A stretch of DNA of 64,000 nucleotides from a virus (lineage: Duplodnaviria; Caudoviricetes). Location of the stretch: positions 32,001 through 96,000 of IMG/VR virus record IMGVR_UViG_3300042010_000129; one strand, 5' to 3'. The translations under genes and the position numbers were made by a program. The notes below the pieces were generated by a model that saw only the letters and a list, made by a program, of their open reading frames with translations, was not told the DNA's origin and made no database searches. Position 1 is the stretch's first letter. Every line of letters begins with the position of its first letter. Positions 45,467 to 54,557 of this stretch are shown piece by piece.

Positions 45467-45727
45467 TTACTCCAGTGTGATTTTGCGTTCGTTTTGAAAC
45501 GTGATTGAAGTTTTTGCACAGCCCGTAACGATCCGGGTTTTGCCGAGATTAAAACTGGGCTGTGACAGCATGTGCTTTTTCTGAATCAACTGAAAGCAGC
45601 CCTTGGGCCAGACATTCAGACTCAACAGGATTTCTTCGTAGTCCGCCGAAAGCTCAACTTCAAGCGGGCAGAAAATATAATGCAGCAGAAATTCTTTACG
45701 CTTTTTGTCGAACAGTTCGGCGTCCAA
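45467..45727 (-). CDS. Hypothetical protein
   Basis: TTG start; fills the gap in the operon. Confidence 0.5.
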   Translation of the reverse strand: MDAELFDKKRKEFLLHYIFCPLEVELSADYEEILLSLNVWPKGCFQLIQKKHMLSQPSFNLGKTRIVTGCAKTSITFQNERKITLE

Positions 45728-45728
45728 T

Positions 45729-46433
45729 TTATACGTCCTGTTTAGGTTGGCCCATTTTCCACGGGTAGTGGATTTCGATCAGGTCATTGGGGTTGATCAT
45801 GCGGCGGTGCATGAACGAATCGGTAAAAACCGGAATTCCTTTGTACCAGCCGAGGTGCCCATTGAAGTGTTTTTCAATGTCCTGTTCCCGGCGCATTTCC
45901 CAAACTTCGGAGTTCATCGCTTCGTTAAATTTCGGCACCAAACGAGCGGGAATCAGGATGTGTTCCGGACGACCATGAACGATGTTGAAAAGCTTTTCAT
46001 CCCACTGTTCACCAGTCACCGGGAAGTAACTTGTGCGATCATATTTCGCCCGGTAATACGGTGTGCGTTGGTATTCCAGTTGACGGCTGAACTGCCCGCC
46101 CCACTGGCCGAAAATGATAGGCGCACCGCGCACATAGGAGCGCTTCGGATCGGCGTAAACATCCGAAAAGATTTCAACCGAATTAACGGTGCCGATGAAA
46201 CCACCTTCAAGGTTTTCCGGGGTCATTGGTGCCAGCTGAATGCAGGCTGTTTCCTTTTCCCACTTCACCAGCAAATCCATGTACGGCGCTGGCAGCAGAA
46301 CGTAGGTTGCGTTCGACGACATGTCGAGAAACAACGCCAAAGATTCGAGGTTGTCTTTTGCGAAGAACGTCTGCCCATCACGCGGCAAATCCCAGTGGTT
46401 GAAAATATCTTCGACCGCTACATCTTTATTCAC
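45729..46433 (-). CDS. Hypothetical protein with internal duplication
   Basis: GFIGTVNSVEIFSD and GHLGWYKGIPVFTD. Confidence 0.65.
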   Translation of the reverse strand: MNKDVAVEDIFNHWDLPRDGQTFFAKDNLESLALFLDMSSNATYVLLPAPYMDLLVKWEKETACIQLAPMTPENLEGGFIGTVNSVEIFSDVYADPKRSYVRGAPIIFGQWGGQFSRQLEYQRTPYYRAKYDRTSYFPVTGEQWDEKLFNIVHGRPEHILIPARLVPKFNEAMNSEVWEMRREQDIEKHFNGHLGWYKGIPVFTDSFMHRRMINPNDLIEIHYPWKMGQPKQDV

Positions 46434-46445
46434 AGTTTTTGTCCC

Positions 46446-46880
46446 TTACAGAAAATAGTCGGAAAGGCGGGCCTGTGACTGGCGCATTTCCACCTTGTGT
46501 GGCGTCGGGTCTGCAACGCATGCAGTGATGTACGCGTTCCAGTTCATAAAAATATGATCGACTTTGATTTCCGGATCGCCCCTGTCACTTAGGCGCTTGT
46601 GGTAATCCGCCCGCAGGTCACGGCTCGGGTAGAAAACGACGTATGGAATTCCAGCAGCATGCAACGCACGGCGCGTAGTCAACCATATCGGCAACATCAC
46701 GGTAACGCCGGGAATTTTCAACGCTTGGCGAACGCGATCAATTTCGGATTCATCCTGCAACGGTAAATTCAAATCCACGAACGAAAGGTTTTGCTGATTC
46801 AACATGGATTTTCCGATACCGGGAAAACCGCAGATAACGCGCACGCCTTCGGGCATCCTGTATTTTTCATGCGCTGTCAT
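46446..46880 (-). CDS. Small P-loop NTPase/kinase-like protein
   Basis: VICGFPGIGKS. Confidence 0.7.
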   Translation of the reverse strand: MTAHEKYRMPEGVRVICGFPGIGKSMLNQQNLSFVDLNLPLQDESEIDRVRQALKIPGVTVMLPIWLTTRRALHAAGIPYVVFYPSRDLRADYHKRLSDRGDPEIKVDHIFMNWNAYITACVADPTPHKVEMRQSQARLSDYFL

Positions 46881-47401
46881 TCGATTGGCTCCCCGTCGTA
46901 ATCCTGAAGTGGTGCTTTCTCGGCCACTGGCTGTTTTGGAATGTCTTCGTCTGGCGCCATTTCACGCACAAACAAATCCATCGAATACCAGACCGACATG
47001 TAATATTCTGGAACGTCTTTCCATTCATCGCCATCGCGAATTTGACGGTGCGCGTCGTCGTGAACTTCTTTCCATTCATACAGGAAACGCCCGGTGGCCC
47101 CTGCAAACATTTGGTCGAGGATTTGCACCATCGTCCGATGCATGTGCTGGGCCTTCGGTATATGCGCAGTCAGCAACTTTTTATCGAAGTTTGCGAACGC
47201 TACAAACTCCGGCATTACACGGTCGTGGAACTGCACAATCCAACCCGTTTGTTCAAGCATTTCCTGCCATGCCCAAATGTCGTTGGTGAACTCGCCACAA
47301 TCGCCGCGTGCCTTCCAGCGCTTTTTGAAATCAGCGTTGAATTCATCACGTGTTTTCTGTGCGCGTTCTTCTGCTGTCGGGAAATTCGATACGTTGATCA
47401 T
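46877..47401 (-). CDS. Hypothetical protein
   Basis: Start MINVSNF at an ATGA overlap (47401), rather than 47590. Confidence 0.6.
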   Translation of the reverse strand: MINVSNFPTAEERAQKTRDEFNADFKKRWKARGDCGEFTNDIWAWQEMLEQTGWIVQFHDRVMPEFVAFANFDKKLLTAHIPKAQHMHRTMVQILDQMFAGATGRFLYEWKEVHDDAHRQIRDGDEWKDVPEYYMSVWYSMDLFVREMAPDEDIPKQPVAEKAPLQDYDGEPIE

Positions 47402-47787
47402 TGTGAATTCTCGGTGTTCTTCGTTGCGATATAACGCGTCATGGGAACCGGATTTAATTCCGGGCAATCCGTGTGCATTTTCCCGTGACCCGCAGGCGTG
47501 GCGAATAACCAACCTTTGAGCGTCACCAGAACCGTGCCCTGATCGCACACCGAAAAGCTTGGCGTATGGTCGTGGCACGCTTCGCCCCAAGTGGTTGGAA
47601 CGCCTGTGATGGTAATGCCGTATTCATCGGCAACCAGCATCACGTTTTCCCAAAGGTTTTCATGCGTGCAATTTTCAAGTCGCTGCTGCACACGGATGTT
47701 CGTTTTAGAATCCGGCAAATGACGGTAAAGGATGGAACCGAAACCGATCAGCAGACTCAAGAAATGCACGTCTTTGGAAAACTCCAT
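47398..47787 (-). CDS. Hypothetical protein
   Basis: TAATG coupled to the thyA stop. Confidence 0.55.
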   Translation of the reverse strand: MEFSKDVHFLSLLIGFGSILYRHLPDSKTNIRVQQRLENCTHENLWENVMLVADEYGITITGVPTTWGEACHDHTPSFSVCDQGTVLVTLKGWLFATPAGHGKMHTDCPELNPVPMTRYIATKNTENSQ

Positions 47788-49178
47788 TAGTTCCCCGCAA
47801 TCGGCGCTTTGATCGTGTCGTAGGATTCGTAACCGACCAGTTCGATATCTTCGACTTTGATATCACGAATCGAATCGACGGGGCCACAATTGATTTTCAG
47901 TTTCGGCGCCTTGTGGATAATCGGACGCTGCAATTGTTTTGCGACTGCATCCATGTGGTTCAGGTAAATGTGCGCATCGCCTTCCGTTACGTGGAAGAAA
48001 CGAGCGGTCAGACCGTGCGCGTGCGCCAGCATTTCGGTAAGCATTGCGTACTGCGCAACGTTGAACGGCATGCCGAGGAAAATATCGTTCGAACGCATGA
48101 ACAATTTGCAGTCGAGGAAATGTTTCCCTTCGCGGTCAGTAACCGAACTGACGTTCCACTGGGCCAGCGTGTGGCACGGCGGCAATTGCATTTCGTCCAG
48201 CTGCGCAACGTTCCAGCCGGTCAGGATAATGCGACGGCCTGCAATGTGTTTGTCGATTTTCCCTTGATGGAAAAGCACTTCGTTTTTGATCGCTTCTTCA
48301 ACCAGTTTAATCTGGTCGATTTCGCGGCGGATCGCTACGTGCCCATGACCGTTTTCAAAACCGGTATGCGAGAAACCACGCGAACCGTATTTTTCCCACG
48401 CGTTATCGTAAAGTTCGCTGGCCGGAATAAAACGAATGTCTTCCCACGCGCACCATTGCTTGCCATAAAGCGGCCCCAAATAACCGTCACTCAAAGCATT
48501 TTCCGGAATGCCCCAGTTATTCAGCTTGGCTTCGATTGCAAACGTCTGATCTTCGGTGCGCTCGCTCAACTGAAAATGACGGCCCCCGCCTTCCATGTGG
48601 CGAATGAAAGGGACGCCGATTTCTTCCATAAAATCGTTCATTACTTTTCGCTGATTTTCGCCCAACATAGTCAGCCGCTCGAACAGTTCGAGCGGGGCGC
48701 CTTCGTAAACTTCGGTGCCGGGCTTAACGTTGCCGTCCCAAATATTTACGTTCATTTCTTTCAGCGATTTCAGGTCGCATTTGCCTTCGAGCATCCAGCG
48801 AATGGTTTCCTTTTTCATCGTAAGGAACATCAAACGCTTGCCGGTAATTGCCGGGAAATTCTGACGCAAATCGAATTTCATATTCACGTCACCAAACGCG
48901 GACAGGGTTCCGATTTTGGTACGGTCTACGCGGCGCTCGCCGTTTTCCAGAATGAAACGCAGCCAGTCGTTGTACTGATGATCGAACGGGTTGTCTTCGA
49001 AGCTGACTTTTTCACCGCCGACGAACATCAATTTTTCGATAGTGGTGTGCGTGATTTCACGCGGGCGACCATCGGCCAGCGTCTGATCACCAAGATCAAT
49101 CGCATATTCTTTGCCTACGACGGTGTAACCCTTCTGTTCGAAGGCTTCAACGGAGAGTTTCTGTTTACCGATGTGCAT
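47787..49178 (-). CDS. thyA: Thymidylate synthase with insertions
   Basis: DRTKIGT, PLYGKQW, MQLPPCH, RSNDIFLGMPFN, GDAHIY.NH. Confidence 0.95.
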   Translation of the reverse strand: MHIGKQKLSVEAFEQKGYTVVGKEYAIDLGDQTLADGRPREITHTTIEKLMFVGGEKVSFEDNPFDHQYNDWLRFILENGERRVDRTKIGTLSAFGDVNMKFDLRQNFPAITGKRLMFLTMKKETIRWMLEGKCDLKSLKEMNVNIWDGNVKPGTEVYEGAPLELFERLTMLGENQRKVMNDFMEEIGVPFIRHMEGGGRHFQLSERTEDQTFAIEAKLNNWGIPENALSDGYLGPLYGKQWCAWEDIRFIPASELYDNAWEKYGSRGFSHTGFENGHGHVAIRREIDQIKLVEEAIKNEVLFHQGKIDKHIAGRRIILTGWNVAQLDEMQLPPCHTLAQWNVSSVTDREGKHFLDCKLFMRSNDIFLGMPFNVAQYAMLTEMLAHAHGLTARFFHVTEGDAHIYLNHMDAVAKQLQRPIIHKAPKLKINCGPVDSIRDIKVEDIELVGYESYDTIKAPIAGN

Positions 49179-49235
49179 AACAACTCCTTTAAAAAGGCAT
49201 TAATTGCCTGTTGTGCGTAATTTACTTATATACAA

Positions 49236-49244
49236 TATTTACAG
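49236..49244 (-). promoter_or_regulatory. CTGTAAATA candidate promoter for the thyA block
   Basis: TATTTACAG on + strand, 58 nt upstream of the thyA start. Confidence 0.6.
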
Positions 49245-49271
49245 TATTCCATGCACTGGGGGGAACCACAC

Positions 49272-49565
49272 ATGGGCCAACCTAACGTTCGTATCAATAC
49301 TGACCTTTCCAGCGGTCACGGCTGCTGGCCTCCTACGTTGCCGATTCAGGCGTCAATGAACGTCTTCTGCAATGGGCTGGCTGAAGTGCGCGTAGGCGAT
49401 GCGTACATGGTTCACCTTTGCCCCGGTAAAGGCGCACACCAAGGCAAGGCATTAACCGGCGCCACAAAAACATTCACCAACGGCAAATTGGTTCACACCG
49501 TGGGCGGCGCTATTGATTGCGGCGACTTCGCGCAGAACGGTAGCCCTAACGTTTTCTCGGGATAA
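49272..49565 (+). CDS. PAAR-like spike tip protein
   Basis: GHGCWPP..NVFCNG...RVGD...H.CP...TNGK..HTVG..IDCG...GSPNVF. Confidence 0.9.
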   Translation: MGQPNVRINTDLSSGHGCWPPTLPIQASMNVFCNGLAEVRVGDAYMVHLCPGKGAHQGKALTGATKTFTNGKLVHTVGGAIDCGDFAQNGSPNVFSG

Positions 49566-49568
49566 ATC

Positions 49569-49955
49569 ATGGTTGATAAAACATATCGGTTCTCGGACGT
49601 AAGTCTGTACGCCGAACAAATGCAAAACGCTTTGGTATTTGACGAAGATTCCGTCAACCAAAACATCCTGATGATTCTGGCTACACCGATTCGCAGTGCA
49701 TGGTTTAACCCGTCGATTGGCTGCTTGATTCCTGAATACCTTTTTGATCCGGTGGACGAATACACCGCTGACAAAATCAAAGACGAAATCATTAGCGTAT
49801 TGCCGCGCAATTTTGAAACCCGTGTGATTGTTACCGGGTGCATTGTTGTGCCGATGCCTGATGATGGGCTGTTCTACGTCACCATCCAATACGATGCGCC
49901 CGACCTGAACAAAACCAAAATCGTTTTCAACTTTAACTTGGGCCGGACATTATGA
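49569..49955 (+). CDS. Baseplate wedge gp25-like protein
   Basis: V.QNI..IL.TP..S..FNP.IG..I..YLFDP...I...FETRV. Confidence 0.85.
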   Translation: MVDKTYRFSDVSLYAEQMQNALVFDEDSVNQNILMILATPIRSAWFNPSIGCLIPEYLFDPVDEYTADKIKDEIISVLPRNFETRVIVTGCIVVPMPDDGLFYVTIQYDAPDLNKTKIVFNFNLGRTL

Positions 49956-51415
49956 GTGAACGTGACGCTTTTCCTACATCGGTCGTTGACCTCGACGAAT
50001 CTGCACTTTTCTTTGCAGAAAAATTGCGTGAAACCGGCGTGTGGGATGACATGCTGCCGACGAACGTTGGTGCATTCATTCAGCGTATTTTTGCGGGTTC
50101 TGCTGTCGGCCACCAACACGGTATCCACACCGCCGCACGTAACGCGTTTTTCGGAACTGCGCAGCGGGATTCCTCGATCTACGCATTGACTCGCGGCCAC
50201 GGTGTTTTCATGGAACGTCGGGCCGGTGCGTCGGTGACTGTGCGCATGCGTAACGGTTATCCGAACACAATGTTTGTGCCGCCTTTCAGCCAGCACGTTG
50301 TGGACAGCACGCCGTTTTATAATCCGGCGCAATATTACGTTGTTTCCGGACAGACCACCGATATCATCCTGACGCAGGGCGTTATCAAAACCAAAACGTT
50401 CGACCTCGACGCGATTCCAAATCTCGACCTGTTTGAATTCCTTTTGGGCGAACCGGGTTTCAATGTCAGCACCGATCTTTATGTGACGACCACTGATAAA
50501 AACACCGGCAACCAACGCACGTGGGAACCAACGGAACGCGGCCTGTACGAATACACGGCTGACGATTACGTTTATTTCCATAGCACTACGGCCAGCGGCG
50601 ACGTGTCGTTGATTTTCGGCACTGGTGAATACGGCGCGAAATTGCCGACTAAAACCACGCTGACAATTCGCTACGTTGTGAACGAAGGCACGAAGCACAA
50701 TGCGAAACTGCCGGGCATTCGCACCAGCTACATCGCCAGCCCAATGATTCAAGGCGAAACGCTGGAAACTACCAGTGGCGGCGCCGATCCAAAAACCGCA
50801 GCGTACTACCGCACTTATGCGCCGGTTCTTTACCGGGCAAAAGATAAGTGGATTTCCGTTGAAGAAATTGCGGCGGGTATTCGGAAATATCCGGGCGTTG
50901 CTGACTGCGCAGTTTTGGGCCAGCGTGATATCGCACCAGAAGATAAAACGTGGATGAACACAATCCGCGTTTGTGTGCTTCCGGAAAACACCGATAACTG
51001 GGGCGGATCGAATCCAAATCCTAAATCGGCAAGCTGGCAACAATTCGTCACGTGGCTGCAACCGAAACTGCATGGCTCGCTCGAAGTGCAGGCGTGGAAC
51101 CCTAGCCAAGTGCTGGTGAAAGTTCAGGTGCAAATTGCGTTCTTCAGTTGGGCTGCACCGAACGTAGAAAACTTGATGCAACAAATCGAAGAACGGATTT
51201 ACGCACTGTTCAAAAAACGTCACGGAATTCTCAAACGTCGCGTGTCGAAATCCGACATTGAAAAGGCCTGCCGTCTGCCGACCGGTGAAGTGGATTACAT
51301 CGAAGTTCTGTCGCCAATTGAGCGGTCGATTGTTTTGGAAGATCCGACTTCCTATTGCGTGTTGGCTGAAAAGCCTTTGCTGATTCCTGTGATTTCGGAG
51401 CGTGTGGATGAATAA
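49952..51415 (+). CDS. Baseplate wedge gp6/J-like protein
   Basis: +.FG.G..G..P...I.Y....G..HN; TSGGADP; position after gp25. Confidence 0.8.
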   Translation: MSERDAFPTSVVDLDESALFFAEKLRETGVWDDMLPTNVGAFIQRIFAGSAVGHQHGIHTAARNAFFGTAQRDSSIYALTRGHGVFMERRAGASVTVRMRNGYPNTMFVPPFSQHVVDSTPFYNPAQYYVVSGQTTDIILTQGVIKTKTFDLDAIPNLDLFEFLLGEPGFNVSTDLYVTTTDKNTGNQRTWEPTERGLYEYTADDYVYFHSTTASGDVSLIFGTGEYGAKLPTKTTLTIRYVVNEGTKHNAKLPGIRTSYIASPMIQGETLETTSGGADPKTAAYYRTYAPVLYRAKDKWISVEEIAAGIRKYPGVADCAVLGQRDIAPEDKTWMNTIRVCVLPENTDNWGGSNPNPKSASWQQFVTWLQPKLHGSLEVQAWNPSQVLVKVQVQIAFFSWAAPNVENLMQQIEERIYALFKKRHGILKRRVSKSDIEKACRLPTGEVDYIEVLSPIERSIVLEDPTSYCVLAEKPLLIPVISERVDE

Positions 51416-54400
51416 GATTGATTTTTCCGAATTGGATGTTGAATTCATCCGTTCGGAACCATTGTGGGGCGCCTTTCTCGAAGCCGTGCAGGAATTCCTG
51501 ACGGCGCAAGTTCGTGACCCGTTGTCGCAGGTAATGGATATTCGCGATATCAAGGCCACGACGCCGCTTGTGTTTGTTAAACAGGCGTTGAAAGACCTCG
51601 GAATTACCCTGCCGCCCGATATGATTGTTGACCCGGAACGTTTGTACAATTCCATGTACATGATTCCGCTTCTGCACCAAGTCACCGGCCTCGAATCTGC
51701 CACGCGAATGATTGCCTACATCTTGGGCCGTCGCGTGGTTTCGCGTGACCTCTACACCGAGGATTACATTTCGTTTTATGAGGAACCGTTGGGCGCTCTG
51801 CGTATCGACGGTGGCACGTGGTACAAAACAACGCACATCAATCTGGAAATGCAGAAAGTTCCTGCTGACCAGCGCATCACTTTGCCTACCGGCACAACGC
51901 TGAAAGATCGTTTTCTTTCGGCGTTTTTCTCGTTGGCGCCCGTGAACCTCGTTATCGACCAATTCTTTTTCAGCATTGAAATCGAAAACATGGATGATTT
52001 CGCGATTCAAGGTGTGGTGTATCGCCAGCCAATGCGCCGCCTGATTTGTGATGCGGATTATTCGTTGGATTCTGCTGTGTTTGCAATCGACGGCCCGGAC
52101 ACCGTGAACACCGGGGAATCGGCAAGCTATCGCCTGATCACCAAGGGCCAAGAATTCGAATCGAACGAATGGACTTCCACGCATCCCGGTTTGGTTTCGG
52201 TTAAACAGGGACACGCGACGTTCTCCGGATTTCAACAGGATACTTTGATTACTTTGCAGGCCACCATTCGCGGCCAAATCGTCACCAAAAACGTGACGGT
52301 TAAAATGGGCATGCAAGATATTCGAATGCTGGTTATCGACGGCCCGGATGAAATCCTTTCGACGCAATCCGGCGATTATCGTGTGGTGGTTTATCACTCG
52401 ACGGGCAACGACGTTATTCCGGTTGACCTGAAAGTTTTGAGTCCTTACGCGTATTTCGTGGGCAGCACTTTGCACGGTCGTAACCTGACTGAGGATCAAG
52501 AAGTTTTGGTCAGTTGCAAAGTCGTAATCAATGGCATTTCTTACGCGGCTTCCAAGCACGTGAAAATGCGTTTCGTTGATCCGAATGTGCATCTGATCGG
52601 CCTCAGTATTTCCGGTGCGAACCGTTTGAAAGAGGGAACGGCCAGCCAGCTTTATGCGACTGCGTTTTTCTCTGACGGTAGCAGCGCCGATGTATTGTCT
52701 AACTGGGGTTCGAGTTCGCCTGTCGTTGCAATTGATAACGGGCTGGCTTCGACGATGTTGGTAAACGGCGAAACCGATGTGGAAATCACCGCTGAATATG
52801 GTTTCCGTCAAATCGTAATGACCGCGCAGCACGAAGCCACGGTTTATCCTGAATTCCTGCAACAGGCGTCACTTTCGATCATCGGCCCAACGCTGGTTAG
52901 CGAAATGGAACGTGCGCAATATACCTGTCTGGCAATTATGTCTGACGGCACTTCGACCACCGTTGTTCCTGAATGGTTTGTAACGGAATTTCAAATCAGT
53001 CCTACCGGTGTTTTCACAGCCGGTTATGTGGACGATCAAATCAACATGGAAGTGCGCGCACAATACGGCGGAATGACTCAAATTCTTCCGATCACCGTAG
53101 AACGCCCACCGGTCACGCTGCAACAATTGCTGATCGTTGGCCCCGACACGGTAAAAGAAGGAAATATCAATCGCTACGAAGCTTTTGCACAATACACAGA
53201 CGGGCACATTGTACCAATCGAACCGATTTGGACTCTGAACCCTGTAATGGATTGGGCGACGTTGATCGACGGCGAATTGCTGATTGATACGCCAGAAGAA
53301 CCGCTGATCAATATGCAGGTTTCTTATGCAGAGGGTACGCGGGTTTATCAGCAGACAAAAACAATTGTTTGCATCGGTGCAACGAACAGCATTCAAGGCC
53401 TGATGATCACCGGCCCGAACGAAGTAAATGCACTGGATCGAATTGTTCTCACGGCAACCGCGATGTATGAGGATGGTTCTTTTGCAACGGTGCATCCGCA
53501 GTGGGAAGTTTTCACGCTCGACGTTAACGCGGAATTCATTGCTGCTGACATTGCAGGTTACGGCGTCGTTACCGGGCGCAACGTTGATTTCGATATGCCG
53601 GTGACTGTGCGTGCGACGTACTTCCAAGAAACCGCAGAATATACGGTGCTGGTGAAATACGTTGCGACCAAAGGCCCCGACGTTCCTGTCAGCAGTCGCA
53701 TTATCGGTAACGCAGTTATTTATTCGACGCAAATTGCATCGTTTAGTCAGGCAATTCTGTTTAAACAATGCACGAATGAATTGCTCGTTTCTTCCGATTG
53801 GACTGTCGATAATCCGAACGTCGTTGTTGATGAAAACGGATTCGTTACCTGCAAACTGAATCAGGATATGACGTTCACAATTACTGCCGTTTGGTCGTGT
53901 GGCGGATACACCGTTACCGATTCCATGGCGGTGACAGTTGTTCCGGTTGATGCTGCATATATCGGCCTTGGAATTACTGGCCCCGACACGATTCAAATCG
54001 GGGTAAAAGAACGTTACTCGGCTGAAGCGTACACGCCTGATTCTGGAATCGTTGCGGGCCAAGGTGTGCCAGTCACGCCGAAATGGCAAATCATTACGGA
54101 CAGTCTGAATATTCACATGTTCGACGATGGTCAGGTGATGGTGCAAAACGCCGTAGTGAATCAGACGTTCACAATCAGCGGTGAATTCCAGTTCGAAAAC
54201 ACGATTGTAACCGGAACAAAAACGGTGCGTGTGTTGGGTAGCGGGCCAATCTATTGCACAGGCCAAGAAGAAACCGTAGATTTCTCTACGTTGTTCTCGA
54301 AAAGCATCATGATTTCCGAACAGCAGTTCCGCGATGATTTCGTGGGTTACGGTTACATGATGGTGCCAACTGTTTTCGGCCCCGTGAAGTTTTACGACGC

Positions 54401-54557
54401 GGTGACAAATACCGAAGGCGGATGGGGCGGGCCTGATGGTTCGAATATTCCAGCCATTCACAAAGAAACAGCCAATGGCGTCGAAGTCAGCTGGTACGTG
54501 TATCGCACAATCGGTCACGACCTCGGCCAGAAGTCCTACAGGATTACATTCGGATGA
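51402..54557 (+). CDS. Baseplate wedge (gp7-like) protein with about 8 Ig-like repeats
   Basis: Repeated L.I.GP..V.E...Y...A...DG...W units. Confidence 0.7.
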   Translation: MWMNKIDFSELDVEFIRSEPLWGAFLEAVQEFLTAQVRDPLSQVMDIRDIKATTPLVFVKQALKDLGITLPPDMIVDPERLYNSMYMIPLLHQVTGLESATRMIAYILGRRVVSRDLYTEDYISFYEEPLGALRIDGGTWYKTTHINLEMQKVPADQRITLPTGTTLKDRFLSAFFSLAPVNLVIDQFFFSIEIENMDDFAIQGVVYRQPMRRLICDADYSLDSAVFAIDGPDTVNTGESASYRLITKGQEFESNEWTSTHPGLVSVKQGHATFSGFQQDTLITLQATIRGQIVTKNVTVKMGMQDIRMLVIDGPDEILSTQSGDYRVVVYHSTGNDVIPVDLKVLSPYAYFVGSTLHGRNLTEDQEVLVSCKVVINGISYAASKHVKMRFVDPNVHLIGLSISGANRLKEGTASQLYATAFFSDGSSADVLSNWGSSSPVVAIDNGLASTMLVNGETDVEITAEYGFRQIVMTAQHEATVYPEFLQQASLSIIGPTLVSEMERAQYTCLAIMSDGTSTTVVPEWFVTEFQISPTGVFTAGYVDDQINMEVRAQYGGMTQILPITVERPPVTLQQLLIVGPDTVKEGNINRYEAFAQYTDGHIVPIEPIWTLNPVMDWATLIDGELLIDTPEEPLINMQVSYAEGTRVYQQTKTIVCIGATNSIQGLMITGPNEVNALDRIVLTATAMYEDGSFATVHPQWEVFTLDVNAEFIAADIAGYGVVTGRNVDFDMPVTVRATYFQETAEYTVLVKYVATKGPDVPVSSRIIGNAVIYSTQIASFSQAILFKQCTNELLVSSDWTVDNPNVVVDENGFVTCKLNQDMTFTITAVWSCGGYTVTDSMAVTVVPVDAAYIGLGITGPDTIQIGVKERYSAEAYTPDSGIVAGQGVPVTPKWQIITDSLNIHMFDDGQVMVQNAVVNQTFTISGEFQFENTIVTGTKTVRVLGSGPIYCTGQEETVDFSTLFSKSIMISEQQFRDDFVGYGYMMVPTVFGPVKFYDAVTNTEGGWGGPDGSNIPAIHKETANGVEVSWYVYRTIGHDLGQKSYRITFG

